From: Parcubacteria group bacterium
Lineage (GTDB): Bacteria; Patescibacteriota; Minisyncoccia; UBA10092
Reading direction: 5' to 3'
Assembly (NCBI GenBank): GCA_016186325.1
Contig: JACPLW010000005.1
Location: 17,191 to 81,190 of the forward strand
Length of the DNA: 64,000 bases
Shown here in pieces: positions 1-9,726 of this stretch; within the stretch, counting starts at the first letter, position 1; each line of letters begins with the position of its first letter. The position numbers and the translations under genes were made by a program. A model generated the notes under the pieces. The model was not told the DNA's origin. It saw only the letters and a list, made by a program, of their open reading frames with translations, and did no database searches.

Positions 1-1090
1 TCTGATCAATCAATGTGTTTTCCAAAGCTGAAAGGCGATCTTCAAAAACCAAAAATCCGGCGGTGGTAGTAGCATAAAATGGGAATGCTTCCGCCTTCGC
101 TAAAGCTTCGGCGGACAAGTCGGGGAGCACGTCAAGCGCTAGAGCATCTTCAAAAGTAGTAATTTTTGGAAATCCTTCTTTTGGCTGAATCAGTTTTGAC
201 TTACCGGATTCTAAAGTACCGACGGCCAGTTCTTGAATCGGTTTGGTTTTAAAAAGCGAAAGCATCCAATTGGAAAATTCCGGAATATCTTTAGGAAATC
301 CTTGCAGCATTTCGGTAACTAAAGCCGCTTGCCCTGAGTTTTGTCGAAGGGCCTGATACTTAGAAGTACTTAAACCGTTAAGTAAACTTAAACTCTTAAA
401 CGGCGAAATAATGCCGAAGACGGATGTGAGCGAGAAAATTAAAAAAACCGCAGTAAAAGCCGAAGCCAAAAATAGTTTAAGACTAGACCATGATTTTAAA
501 GATGCGAGAACGCCAAAATATCTGCTGGCTTTCTGAAATTCATAGACATCGTTAGATTTTATATTCTCTTTTACAGTTTCAAGAATTGCCAATTTTTCAT
601 CGGGTTTAAGTTCTCTTGAAGAAATTATGATTTCACGGCCTAGCGCAAAGTCTCTAAATTTCGAAATCTCTAAATCTCCAAATTTTGCTTGCCCTTCGTA
701 GCCCCGCAAAGCGGGACGAAGGAGGGAAATGTCTTCAACGCTCGCTTCAACTTTCTTTAATCTTTCAATGACTTCTTGCTTGTCCGCCGCAACTTTAGCA
801 AAAGTGGATTCAAGAACCAATCTGGTTTTAAGATTTTCAAACTCTGATTTTTCTTCTTCTTTAAGAGTTGCACTATCTGTTGCCTGCGTGAAACGCCCAA
901 CCGATCGTTGGTACTCTAGAAGCCACTCATTAGTTGTTACCCAATTCCGCCCAAGCTTAACTGCCCGAAGTTTCCCTCGGCGAATCAAAACGTTCACATA
1001 ATCCCGTGAAGTACTTAAAATCTTTCCGGCTTCGGAAAGCGGAATATAGTTTAAATTTTTATAATCTGAATTTTTTATTTCATTCTGCAT
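1..1090 (-). CDS. Excisionase-type helix-turn-helix domain protein, partial (C-terminus runs off the window start); paralog of the gene at 31167..31781
   Basis: Manual reverse-strand translation from the ATG at 1090 gives MQNEIKNSDYKNLNYIPLSEAGKILSTSRDYVNVLIRRGKLRAVKLGRNWVTTNEWLLEY. The N-terminal HTH aligns with the 31167..31781 protein. No stop before position 1, so the ORF track does not list it. Confidence 0.45.
   Translation of the reverse strand, partial: MQNEIKNSDYKNLNYIPLSEAGKILSTSRDYVNVLIRRGKLRAVKLGRNWVTTNEWLLEYQRSVGRFTQATDSATLKEEEKSEFENLKTRLVLESTFAKVAADKQEVIERLKKVEASVEDISLLRPALRGYEGQAKFGDLEISKFRDFALGREIIISSRELKPDEKLAILETVKENIKSNDVYEFQKASRYFGVLASLKSWSSLKLFLASAFTAVFLIFSLTSVFGIISPFKSLSLLNGLSTSKYQALRQNSGQAALVTEMLQGFPKDIPEFSNWMLSLFKTKPIQELAVGTLESGKSKLIQPKEGFPKITTFEDALALDVLPDLSAEALAKAEAFPFYATTTAGFLVFEDRLSALENTLIDQ
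694..722. repeat. GC-rich palindromic mini-element, in-frame in the HTH gene
   Basis: ccttcgtagccccgcaaagcgggacgaagg encodes ...LRPALRGYEG... on the minus strand. Confidence 0.5.
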
Positions 1091-1185
1091 TTTTCAAGTT
1101 TATATCGTATTTCAGATCATTTGATCTGATATCCTATCATGTTTAAATTATATCAAATTTACTTGCATATTTTGCTTATAAATAA

Positions 1186-1213
1186 ACAAAAATCCCGCTA
1201 TTCAGTGAATAGC
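1186..1213 (-). terminator. Candidate rho-independent terminator downstream of glmS
   Basis: On the minus strand, a 9-bp stem ccgctattc/gaatagcgg with 3-nt loop is followed by a T-rich run (gatttttgtttattt). Confidence 0.4.
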
Positions 1214-1286
1214 GGACTATTCTCCAATTATTGATATCCGACATCAATAATTGGATTGCCCTTATTAAGGCAAAAAACTTGCGATA

Positions 1287-3305
1287 TTACTCAACTGTTA
1301 CACTTTTTGCCAAATTACGCGGCTTATCCACGTCTATTCTTCTTAAGGTCCCCATATAATACGCGAATAACTGCAATGGAATAACCGCCAGAATCGGCGT
1401 CAGCATTTCTAAAGTTTTTGGTATATAGAGCCAATCATCCGCGATATGTTTAATATTTTTATTTCCTTCGGTTGTAATGGCGATGATTTTCCCACGCCTT
1501 GCTTTTATTTCTTCCATGTTAGAAGCCATCTTATCATATACGCTATCAACCCCGCCCCGCAGCTGCGGGGCGGGGTCAACGGGCGCGATAGCCACAACCG
1601 GGAAGTTTTCATCAATCATGGCAATCGGCCCGTGTTTCATTTCGCCGGCTCCGCATCCTTCGGCGTGAATATATGAAATCTCTTTAAGCTTTAGCGCGCC
1701 TTCTAATGCCGTGGGAAAATTATACTTTCTTCCGATATATAAAAAGTTTTTTGCACTGGAGTATTTTTCAGCAATCAATTTTATCTTATTTTTTTGTTTG
1801 AATATTTCCTTAATCAGCATCGGAAGTTTTTCAATTTCCAGAGTGATCTTTTTACCATCTTCAATCGATAAATTATTCCTTTGTCGGCCTAAGAATACCG
1901 CCAAAAGCGCTAAAATAATTAATTGGGAAGTGAATGCTTTTGTCGAAGCCACTCCTATTTCCGGCCCGGCATGATTATATATGCCCGCATCAGTTTCCCG
2001 CGCTATCGTTGAGCCGATAACGTTGACGATTCCGAGAGCAATTTGGTTATTTTTTAATTTTTTATCATTGATTTTGTTTCGATTTAGATTTTTTGATTCC
2101 GGCGCGGTTTTATCTTGAAAATTTTTCAAAACCGACAAAGTATCGGCTGTTTCCCCCGACTGGGAGATGGCTACCATGGCTAAATTTTGTCCGTCGGCTG
2201 GAGGATTCCTATAACGCAATTCAGAAGCCAGTTCCACTTCGCAAGGAATGCCACTCGCCTCTTCAATCATCAATTTTCCGATAATTCCGGCTAAATAAGC
2301 GGTTCCGCATCCGGTGACTATAATCCTGTTGATTTCTTTTAATTTATTTTTCACGCTTTCTAAACCTCCGAGTTTAACATTCCCATCTTCTTTGACCAAT
2401 CGGCCTCGAAAACTGTTTGAAATTGATTCCGGCTGCTCAAAAATTTCCTTCAACATAAAATGTTCGTAACCGCCTTTTTGTGCATCACTTAATTTCCATT
2501 TAAGTTGCTCCTTTCTTTTTGAAATATCTAAATATTTAAATCTTGAAACTTTCACCTTAGCGTTTTTTTCATCTTGACGATATATCTTATTGTGAGAGGT
2601 AGATAAAAAAGATATCGGATTTACATATGCTGAAATATCTACGATTTTTACGTTATACTTTGTTAAAACCGCAATCTCGCCGTCGTTCATATAAATAACG
2701 TCCTTAGTTCGACCGATAATTGCCGAAGCATCCGATGCTATCAAGTTTTCATCACTCCCAATTCCTATTATAAGAGGACTGGAATTGCGCGCGGTGATTA
2801 TTCTATCGGGCCAATCAGCCGCCATAACCGCCAAGCCATAAGTTCCATGAACCTGTTTGAGCGCCATTGCCACGGCTTGTTTAAAATCAACATATCGTAG
2901 ATTTTCTTCTATAATATGGGCTAAAACTTCAGTGTCGGTTTCAGATTTAAATATATGACCATGCCTAATTAAAACTCCTTTCAGTGATTTATAATTCTCA
3001 ATTATTCCATTGTGACAGACAAATATACGATTGGCGCAATCGGTATGGGGGTGAGCATTTTTCTCACTCGGCTCGCCGTGAGTTGCCCAGCGCGTATGCC
3101 CAATGCCAATATTTCCATTCCAACCTGATGAAATCTTTCTTTCTAATTCTATAATTCTGCCTTTGGCTTTTGCCAAATGAATTTTATCATCGTTAAAAAC
3201 GACAATGCCGGCTGAATCATAACCGCGATATTCAAGACGCTTTAAACCATCAATTAAAATAGGGACGGCTTTTTTATTACCTACATAACCGATAATGCCG
3301 CACAT
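1287..3305 (-). CDS. glmS: Glutamine--fructose-6-phosphate aminotransferase (isomerising)
   Basis: N-terminal MCGIIGY (class II glutamine amidotransferase Cys1) and two SIS domains. It carries two lineage-specific insertions relative to E. coli GlmS: an AT-rich K/N-rich segment and a GC-rich palindrome. Confidence 0.9.
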   Translation of the reverse strand: MCGIIGYVGNKKAVPILIDGLKRLEYRGYDSAGIVVFNDDKIHLAKAKGRIIELERKISSGWNGNIGIGHTRWATHGEPSEKNAHPHTDCANRIFVCHNGIIENYKSLKGVLIRHGHIFKSETDTEVLAHIIEENLRYVDFKQAVAMALKQVHGTYGLAVMAADWPDRIITARNSSPLIIGIGSDENLIASDASAIIGRTKDVIYMNDGEIAVLTKYNVKIVDISAYVNPISFLSTSHNKIYRQDEKNAKVKVSRFKYLDISKRKEQLKWKLSDAQKGGYEHFMLKEIFEQPESISNSFRGRLVKEDGNVKLGGLESVKNKLKEINRIIVTGCGTAYLAGIIGKLMIEEASGIPCEVELASELRYRNPPADGQNLAMVAISQSGETADTLSVLKNFQDKTAPESKNLNRNKINDKKLKNNQIALGIVNVIGSTIARETDAGIYNHAGPEIGVASTKAFTSQLIILALLAVFLGRQRNNLSIEDGKKITLEIEKLPMLIKEIFKQKNKIKLIAEKYSSAKNFLYIGRKYNFPTALEGALKLKEISYIHAEGCGAGEMKHGPIAMIDENFPVVAIAPVDPAPQLRGGVDSVYDKMASNMEEIKARRGKIIAITTEGNKNIKHIADDWLYIPKTLEMLTPILAVIPLQLFAYYMGTLRRIDVDKPRNLAKSVTVE
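1550..1575. repeat. Perfect 26-nt GC palindrome, in-frame in glmS, flanked by a TCAAC direct repeat
   Basis: ccccgccccgcagctgcggggcgggg encodes DPAPQLRGG, an insertion relative to E. coli GlmS (VVAPNNELLEK region). Confidence 0.6.
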
Positions 3306-3321
3306 GTTATTACATACAACA

Positions 3322-3358
3322 CAAAATTCAGCTCCGCGGTTGCGGAGCTGAATTTTAA
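3322..3358. terminator. Hairpin terminator between leuS stop and glmS start
   Basis: Perfect inverted repeat attcagctccgc ggtt gcggagctgaat with T-runs on both sides; likely serves leuS on the minus strand. Confidence 0.5.
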
Positions 3359-3374
3359 ATAAAAGTTTATTCCC

Positions 3375-5819
3375 CTATATTACAACATTTATCAATCGTC
3401 CCGGCACAAATATGGTTTTTTTAATTTTAGCGCCACTAATGTATTTTTTAATAATTTCTCGCGATAAAACTATTTCTTCAACTTCAGGGCGTTTCAATTT
3501 TTTTGAAACGCGAACTTTATCGCGCATTTTGCCATTTACTTGAATTACTAGATCGTATTCCTCTACTTCAATAAATTTCGGGTCATATTTTGGCCATACT
3601 TCAAGATGAATCGATTTTCCCCGACGCTTTCGGTCGGAGCTCCGATCCCGAAGGGCGTCGGAGTTATTTCCTATTTTTTGCCAGAGTTCTTCCGTAAAGT
3701 GCGGCGCAAAAGGAGATAGAAGTTTCAAAAAAATTTCGGCCGTATTTTTTGTTATATCGGTTTTTTCAATCTCATTAAAAAGAATCATTAAAGCGCTGAT
3801 TGCCGTATTGAATCTGAAATGCTCTATATCATCCCCTACTTTCTTAATCGTCTGATGTAATAATTGCTGGTATTTGGTATTTGGTATTTGGTATTTGGTA
3901 TTTTGAGATTTAAAATTTAAAAATTTATTCCACACTCGATCTAAAAATCTCTTTATTCCTAAAATCCCGTTAGGATTCCACGGTCCGCCGTTGCTGTACT
4001 CGCCCATAAAACACAAATACATTCTAACCGTATCGGCGCCGTATTTTTTAACCAATTCGTCCGGGTCAACAACATTGCCGCGAGATTTAGACATCCTCTG
4101 TCCATCGCTCCCCAAAATATCGCCCTGATGACGCAAAGATACAAAGGGTTCGTCAAATTCAAGATAACCGGAATCCCGAAGAGCTTTAACAAAAAATCTT
4201 GAATAAAGGAGATGTAAAACCGCATGCTCAGCGCCTCCGACGTACATATCAACCGGCAGCCAGGCTTTTAATTTGTCTTTTGAAGCAAATTGTTTTTTGT
4301 TTTTCGGATCGGTGTAGCGCAGAAAGTACCACGAAGAATCCACAAACGTGTCCATTGTATCCGTCTCTCTGGTTGCCTTGCCCTTGCAATTCGGACACTT
4401 TACATTAACAAAACTTTTTACGCGCGCTAATGGCGACTTGCCTCCGGCGACCGGTTTAAAGTTTTTAAGCGGCGGTAGTTTTACCGGTAATTTATTTTCC
4501 TGAACCGGTACTATCCCGCATTTCTCGCAATAGATAATTGGAATAGGGGCGCCCCAATACCGCTGGCGGGAAATGACCCAGTCGCGCATTTTATATTGAA
4601 TTGAAAAACTACCAAGCCCCTTTTCCTTAAGTTCTTCGGTGATTTTTTTCCCTCCTTCGACAGACTCTAAACCTGTAAACTCGCCGGAATTTACCAATAA
4701 CCCGTCTTCTATTACATTTATAGTTGGCAAATTAAATTTTTTGGCAAATTCAAAGTCCCGCTCATCATGGGCAGGCACCGCCATAATGGCGCCCGTGCCA
4801 TAGTTCATTAAAACATAGTCCGATACCCAAATTGGAATTTCCTCCTGATTTGCCGGGTTAAAAGCAAAAGAGCCGGTAAAAACGCCTGTTTTTTCTTTCT
4901 CTAAGCTCGTTCTTTCGAGCTCTGTTTTAAGATGAGCATTCGCAATATAATGGCGGACATCTTCTTTTTGTTCCTTGGTTGTAACTTTTTCCACCAATGG
5001 ATGTTCCGGCGAAAGTACCATATAAGTAGCGCCAAAAAGCGTATCAGCCCGTGTTGTAAACACTGGAATTTCTAATTTCAAATTTCTAATTTCGAATTTA
5101 ATCAAAGTTCCTTCCGATTTCCCTATCCAGTTTTTCTGCATCAGTTTGGTGCGCTCCGGCCAATCCAACTTATCCAAATCTTTCAGTAATTCTTCCGCGT
5201 AATCCGTAATCTTTAACATCCATTGGTTAACTTCTTTTTGGATAACCAAAGTATCGGGGTGGCGCCAGCATCGGCCGTCAATAACCTGCTCGTTTGCTAA
5301 AATTACCTGATCTTTAGGACACCAGTTAGCTAATGCCTTTTTCTTGTAAGCAAGCCCCGCTTTATGCATTTGAAGAAACATCCACTGGGTCCATTTGTAG
5401 TATTTGGAATCAGCTGTAATCACCTCGCGCGAAAAGTCATAGATATTGCCCATTGACTTAAGCTGTTCTCTCATTGTTTTGATATTTTTATAAGTCCAAG
5501 TTTTTGGGTGAATTTTGCGCGCAATCGCCGCATTTTCGGCCGGAAGACCGAAAGCGTCAAAACCGATGGGGCTCAAAACATTGTAACCCTGCATTCTTTT
5601 AAGACGCGCGAAAACATTGGCCGGCGCATAATTATACCAATGCCCCATATGAAGATTGCCCGACGGATACGGAAACATCGTAAGATGGTAAAAATTTCTT
5701 CGCCCTCCGAAGCCTTTGGCGAAGGATGGGTTTTTGTCCTTAACTTTATAAATACCGGATTTTACCCAGTATTCTCTCCACTTTTTTTCTACTTTTATAG
5801 CGTTATACTTTTCAATCAT
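3375..5819 (-). CDS. leuS: Leucyl-tRNA synthetase
   Basis: Class I HMGH and KMSKS motifs (MSKSRGN) and overall LeuRS architecture. It contains an extra SFAKGFGGR segment before the MFPYPSG motif and an in-frame heptamer tandem repeat. Confidence 0.9.
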   Translation of the reverse strand: MIEKYNAIKVEKKWREYWVKSGIYKVKDKNPSFAKGFGGRRNFYHLTMFPYPSGNLHMGHWYNYAPANVFARLKRMQGYNVLSPIGFDAFGLPAENAAIARKIHPKTWTYKNIKTMREQLKSMGNIYDFSREVITADSKYYKWTQWMFLQMHKAGLAYKKKALANWCPKDQVILANEQVIDGRCWRHPDTLVIQKEVNQWMLKITDYAEELLKDLDKLDWPERTKLMQKNWIGKSEGTLIKFEIRNLKLEIPVFTTRADTLFGATYMVLSPEHPLVEKVTTKEQKEDVRHYIANAHLKTELERTSLEKEKTGVFTGSFAFNPANQEEIPIWVSDYVLMNYGTGAIMAVPAHDERDFEFAKKFNLPTINVIEDGLLVNSGEFTGLESVEGGKKITEELKEKGLGSFSIQYKMRDWVISRQRYWGAPIPIIYCEKCGIVPVQENKLPVKLPPLKNFKPVAGGKSPLARVKSFVNVKCPNCKGKATRETDTMDTFVDSSWYFLRYTDPKNKKQFASKDKLKAWLPVDMYVGGAEHAVLHLLYSRFFVKALRDSGYLEFDEPFVSLRHQGDILGSDGQRMSKSRGNVVDPDELVKKYGADTVRMYLCFMGEYSNGGPWNPNGILGIKRFLDRVWNKFLNFKSQNTKYQIPNTKYQQLLHQTIKKVGDDIEHFRFNTAISALMILFNEIEKTDITKNTAEIFLKLLSPFAPHFTEELWQKIGNNSDALRDRSSDRKRRGKSIHLEVWPKYDPKFIEVEEYDLVIQVNGKMRDKVRVSKKLKRPEVEEIVLSREIIKKYISGAKIKKTIFVPGRLINVVI
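3870..3904. repeat. Heptanucleotide tandem repeat (gtatttg)x4-5 inside leuS
   Basis: ggtatttggtatttggtatttggtatttggtatttt; encodes QNTKYQIPNTKYQ. Confidence 0.6.
5701..5730. repeat. GC-rich element in-frame in leuS (shares GAAGCCTTTGGC with the tatD copy)
   Basis: cgccctccgaagcctttggcgaaggatggg encodes the extra PSFAKGFGGR before MFPYPSG. Confidence 0.45.
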
Positions 5820-6673
5820 ATTTTAAATAAAGCTTTAGCATTATTATGAGTTTGGGTCGCGACTTTGTCAAAACTTAAGCCCTTCCATTCGGCAATTTTT
5901 CGCGCCACAAATTCAACGTAAGCCGGTTCGTTGCGTTTTCCTCGATGCGGCGCCGGCGCCGCAAATGGCGAATCGGTTTCAATAAGAATTTTATCAAGTG
6001 GGACATACTCCACCGCCTCTTTATATTCGTCGGCAAACGTTATTGGTCCGGCAAAAGAAATATAAAATCCTAAATCTATAAATTTTTCAGCGGTTTCTTT
6101 GGAACCGACAAAAAAATGGGCAACGCCGTTACCGCTTGAATCAGGAATTGTGAAGTATGAATTAAGAATATCAATCGCGTCTTCGTAAGCATCTTGACTT
6201 CCAGCCGATGGACGGCAATGTAAAATAATCGGCTTGTTTAATTCTTTCGCCAGTTCAATTTGTTTAATAAAAATATCTTTCTGTTGACTTTTAGTTCTTG
6301 TTTGCGACAATCCGCCTTTGCCAAAGGCTTCGGCGGATGCTCTTTTTTGAAACCGCTCGTTTCGCTCGCGGGCAAAAAAGGCATAATCCAGTCCGCACTC
6401 GCCTATAGCGACGACACTTTGATCTTTTGCCAATTCTCTATATTTACCAATATCAAAATTTTCTTCTAAATTATCATTCGGGTGTAAACCAATAGAAGCC
6501 CATAACAAATCCGGGTATTTTTTAGTTAGTTCAATGGCTTTCTTAGATTCCTCTAAATCAGTTCCAACGCTTATAGCTTTAATACCCGCTTCTTTTAGCC
6601 GGCCAATCATTTCCTCACGATCATCATCGTATTGAGGAAGATGAAGGTGACAATGAGAGTCAAATAATGTCAT
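5816..6673 (-). CDS. tatD: TatD-family metal-dependent deoxyribonuclease/hydrolase
   Basis: N-terminal DSHCHL metal-binding motif and TatD layout. An extra AEAFGKGG segment is encoded by a GC palindrome. Confidence 0.8.
   Translation of the reverse strand: MTLFDSHCHLHLPQYDDDREEMIGRLKEAGIKAISVGTDLEESKKAIELTKKYPDLLWASIGLHPNDNLEENFDIGKYRELAKDQSVVAIGECGLDYAFFARERNERFQKRASAEAFGKGGLSQTRTKSQQKDIFIKQIELAKELNKPIILHCRPSAGSQDAYEDAIDILNSYFTIPDSSGNGVAHFFVGSKETAEKFIDLGFYISFAGPITFADEYKEAVEYVPLDKILIETDSPFAAPAPHRGKRNEPAYVEFVARKIAEWKGLSFDKVATQTHNNAKALFKI
6312..6336. repeat. GC-rich nested palindrome in-frame in tatD
   Basis: ccgcctttgccaaaggcttcggcgg (outer ccgcc/ggcgg, inner ctttg/caaag) encodes AEAFGKGG. 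Confidence 0.5.
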
Positions 6674-8139
6674 TTTAATCTCGGAAAAATGTTGTTTCCT
6701 TTTTTGACTTCTATTTTGTTTCCGACAAACTTTATCTGTGCCTTAATTTTTTCTGCTGTCTCTGGCAAAAACGGCTCAATTAAATCGGAAAACGCTCGGA
6801 TTAAGAAAGAGGCATTGATAACAACTTTTTTCAAATCGTCGCCTTTTAGATTCCAAGGTTTGGTTTCATTAATATAGTTGTCTACGGAATAAACAAGAGC
6901 GAAAGCTGCGCCCAGTGCTTCGTTAAGTTTGATATCACCAATTAATTCACCATACCGCTCACAAATATCATTTTTAGTATTCTTATTCCGTTCTATTACT
7001 TCATCTTCCGAATAGATAATAGGAGAAATCGTTTCACCCAATTTCGCAACACGCGCCACCATATTGCCAATGCCGTTAGCAAGGCCGCTATTATACCTTT
7101 CTTTAAGTTTTTCGTAAGTAAAATCGCCATCGCCGGTTGGCTGAATATCCCACAAAAGATAATAACGCAAAGCATCGGTGCCGTATTTTTTAACTACCTC
7201 GACTGGGTCAACTATATTTCCGACTGTTTTTGACATTTTTTCTCCGTCTACGGTTATGAACCCGTGAACAAAAATTGTTTTAGGAAGCGGCAAACCAGCT
7301 GAAAGAAGCATCCCAGGCCAAATAGCCGCATGGAATCTTAAAATATCTTTGCCGATAACATGCAAATCGGCTGGCCACATTTTTTTAAACTCCGAATTTT
7401 CTTCATTATATCCAATTGCGGTAATATAATTTGAGAGCGCATCACACCAAACGTACATTGTATGTTCCGGGTCGTCCGGTACTGGGATACCCCACTCCAA
7501 GTCTTTACGAAGACGGGAAAAACTTACATCTTCCAACCCCTGATCAATTAAAGACAAAATTTCGTTTTTGCGGGTCTCGGGAATTATTTTTAATTCATCA
7601 TTCTTAATCAATGACTCTATATCCTTTGAATATTTTGAAAGACGAAAAAAATAATTTTCTTCCTCTATTACTTCCGGTTCTTTTTTATGATCGCTGCATT
7701 TGCCGTCAACCAAATCTTTTTCGGTGACAAAAGCTTCGTGTCCCACGCAGTAAAGCCCGCGATATTTCTTTTTATATAAATCGCCGGATTCCGCCAGCTT
7801 AAGCCATAACTTTTGCGCGCCTGGCCAATGACGTTTCTGGTCGCTTGTTCTGATAAAATCATCAAACGATAAATTAAGAACTTTTTTAAGTTCCTTAAAT
7901 TTCTCCGCGTTTTCATCCACAAAATCTTTTGGATTTTTCCCGGCCGCTTCCGCTGCCCGCACGATTTTTGCGCCATGCTCATCAGTACCGGTCAGAAACA
8001 AAACTTCATCGCCTTTTATCCGGCGGTACCTTGCCAGAACATCTGCCTGAATTTTTTCCAAAGCATGGCCAATATGCGGCTTCGCATTCACATAATCGAT
8101 TGCAGTCGTAATATAGAATTTTATTTTGATTTTATTCAT
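6670..8139 (-). CDS. metG: Methionyl-tRNA synthetase (short form lacking the C-terminal tRNA-binding domain)
   Basis: HIGH-type motif (PHIGHA) and KMSKT motif (GEKMSKTVGN). Confidence 0.85.
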   Translation of the reverse strand: MNKIKIKFYITTAIDYVNAKPHIGHALEKIQADVLARYRRIKGDEVLFLTGTDEHGAKIVRAAEAAGKNPKDFVDENAEKFKELKKVLNLSFDDFIRTSDQKRHWPGAQKLWLKLAESGDLYKKKYRGLYCVGHEAFVTEKDLVDGKCSDHKKEPEVIEEENYFFRLSKYSKDIESLIKNDELKIIPETRKNEILSLIDQGLEDVSFSRLRKDLEWGIPVPDDPEHTMYVWCDALSNYITAIGYNEENSEFKKMWPADLHVIGKDILRFHAAIWPGMLLSAGLPLPKTIFVHGFITVDGEKMSKTVGNIVDPVEVVKKYGTDALRYYLLWDIQPTGDGDFTYEKLKERYNSGLANGIGNMVARVAKLGETISPIIYSEDEVIERNKNTKNDICERYGELIGDIKLNEALGAAFALVYSVDNYINETKPWNLKGDDLKKVVINASFLIRAFSDLIEPFLPETAEKIKAQIKFVGNKIEVKKGNNIFPRLK

Positions 8140-8191
8140 ATAACAATGGTAATATATTAGTTAAAATATAGGAAACGTAAGAATTTTACAA

Positions 8192-8686
8192 ATGACCCTA
8201 GCTTCACATATAATAATCTCCGGCCTTTTAGGGGCAACCACTAATAATTACTTCTTAGCAGCTACTCTTGGCTTTCTCAGCCATTTTATCGTTGACGCCA
8301 TACCGCATTGGGACAATTACCTTTCGCCCGATTTCGAGTCAAGAGCCAAATCAAAAAAGATTCTATTTTTAAAAGATAGATTTTTATACAAAGAACTGGG
8401 CAAGATAGCGATTGACATTTTGATTGGCCTAAGCGTTTTGTCCTTGATGTTTTTCAAAAATTATGAGATTGGCGATCTTTCCTACGCGGCTATTGCGGTT
8501 TTTTTCGGAGTTCTCCCCGATCCCTTGCAACTTTTATACCTTATGACAAATTGGCGCCCCCTGAAACCAAACCACAAGATACAACTTTATCTACATACTT
8601 TAATATATAAAGAAAAACCGAGTTTTTGGCTCGGTATTACAACTCAAGTAACAACAATAATATTAGTCTTTATATTCACAATATAA
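8192..8686 (+). CDS. Integral membrane protein, possibly a YdjM/DUF457-like metal-dependent membrane hydrolase
   Basis: Multiple hydrophobic segments; a His/Asp-rich HFIVDAIPHWD motif; weak similarity only. Confidence 0.3.
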   Translation: MTLASHIIISGLLGATTNNYFLAATLGFLSHFIVDAIPHWDNYLSPDFESRAKSKKILFLKDRFLYKELGKIAIDILIGLSVLSLMFFKNYEIGDLSYAAIAVFFGVLPDPLQLLYLMTNWRPLKPNHKIQLYLHTLIYKEKPSFWLGITTQVTTIILVFIFTI

Positions 8687-8687
8687 A

Positions 8688-9725
8688 CTAAGATAATTCC
8701 GGATGGGAAATGTTTTTTCTTTTTGCCAGACCCTCAAAAAACTCATCAACCACCGCCGCGAGCGGCACGGCCAGAATAATTCCTAAAATTCCGCCGAGTT
8801 TGGCGCCGATTAAAATCGCTAAAATAACGGTGACCGGATTTAATCCGACCAGTTTTTTTATTAAAAGCGGAACAAGCACGTGATTTTCCAATTGCTGAGC
8901 GGCAATAAAAAATACGAGCGTCCAAATCCCTAAAATCGGCGATTGTGACAAAGCCAAGAGTGTCGCAACCGCGCCGCCAACAATCGGACCGACAAACGGC
9001 ACTATTTCAAAAATACCAACAATTACAGCCGCCAGAAACGCGTACTTTACTCCGAGAATCCAAAGGCCGATACCCACCACAAGAGCCATAATAAAACTCA
9101 AAAGTATCTGTGCCTGCAACCAGCGCCCCATTTTCTTCTGGGCGCGAATCCAAAGGCCATGTATAGAGGCCTCAAACTGCGGCGGCATCATTGACCGCAA
9201 AAAGTCATCAAGAGCGCCTTTTGAAAGCGCAAGATAAAAAGAGATAACAAGAATCACGACAAAGGAAACAATGCCGCCGAAAATCTCCGAAACATAAGAA
9301 AGCAGAGAAGTAAAACTGGGAATTTGTTCCGTTAACTGATCGAGCAGGTCGTGAATGTTAGCCGAAAGACCGGGTAAAAATGTAATGGTCCCGGCCGCTT
9401 CTTCAAGCTTTCCAAAATAAGTCGGGTAATTCTCTGTGAAATCTTGAAACTGATCAAGTAAAAGCGGGAAAATAATGTAAATAACTGCCGCAAAAAATAC
9501 AAAAAACAAGATGTAAAGAAAAATCAAAGATAAAAGCCGGGGCACCTTTTTGCTTTCGCCGTAAACAAGAAGCGGCTCCAGAGCCGAGGCGATTATAATT
9601 GCAAAAATCAAAATACCAATGATGTCGCGAACCATATAAACCAAAACCGCCAAAACGCCTATGCCGAGAACTAAGAATATAGTTTTGGGTGAAATTTCTA
9701 TAATTGTTTTTGATTCGCTTGCCAT
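8688..9725 (-). CDS. AI-2E family (PerM/YhhT-like) transporter
   Basis: About 345 aa with around eight TM segments, a topology typical of UPF0118/AI-2E proteins. Confidence 0.5.
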   Translation of the reverse strand: MASESKTIIEISPKTIFLVLGIGVLAVLVYMVRDIIGILIFAIIIASALEPLLVYGESKKVPRLLSLIFLYILFFVFFAAVIYIIFPLLLDQFQDFTENYPTYFGKLEEAAGTITFLPGLSANIHDLLDQLTEQIPSFTSLLSYVSEIFGGIVSFVVILVISFYLALSKGALDDFLRSMMPPQFEASIHGLWIRAQKKMGRWLQAQILLSFIMALVVGIGLWILGVKYAFLAAVIVGIFEIVPFVGPIVGGAVATLLALSQSPILGIWTLVFFIAAQQLENHVLVPLLIKKLVGLNPVTVILAILIGAKLGGILGIILAVPLAAVVDEFFEGLAKRKNISHPELS

Positions 9726-9726
9726 T

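Noticed and set aside
729-1001. ORF-track ORF on the + strand (90 aa), and similar small ORFs such as 1446..1676, 1477..1668, 6260..6469
   Set aside because: They lie antisense within well-supported minus-strand genes (HTH gene, glmS, tatD). Several merely mirror the GC palindromes, e.g. PAPQLRGGV appears in both strands' translations because the palindrome reads the same both ways. They have no independent support.
1238-1253. 16-nt exact match tccgacatcaataatt shared between the glmS downstream stem-loop (1225-1255) and the comF coding sequence (45550-45565)
   Set aside because: For 64 kb on two strands the expected number of chance 16-mer matches is of order one, and more in an AT-biased genome. 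In comF it encodes the conserved SIILVDD PRTase motif. Probably coincidence.
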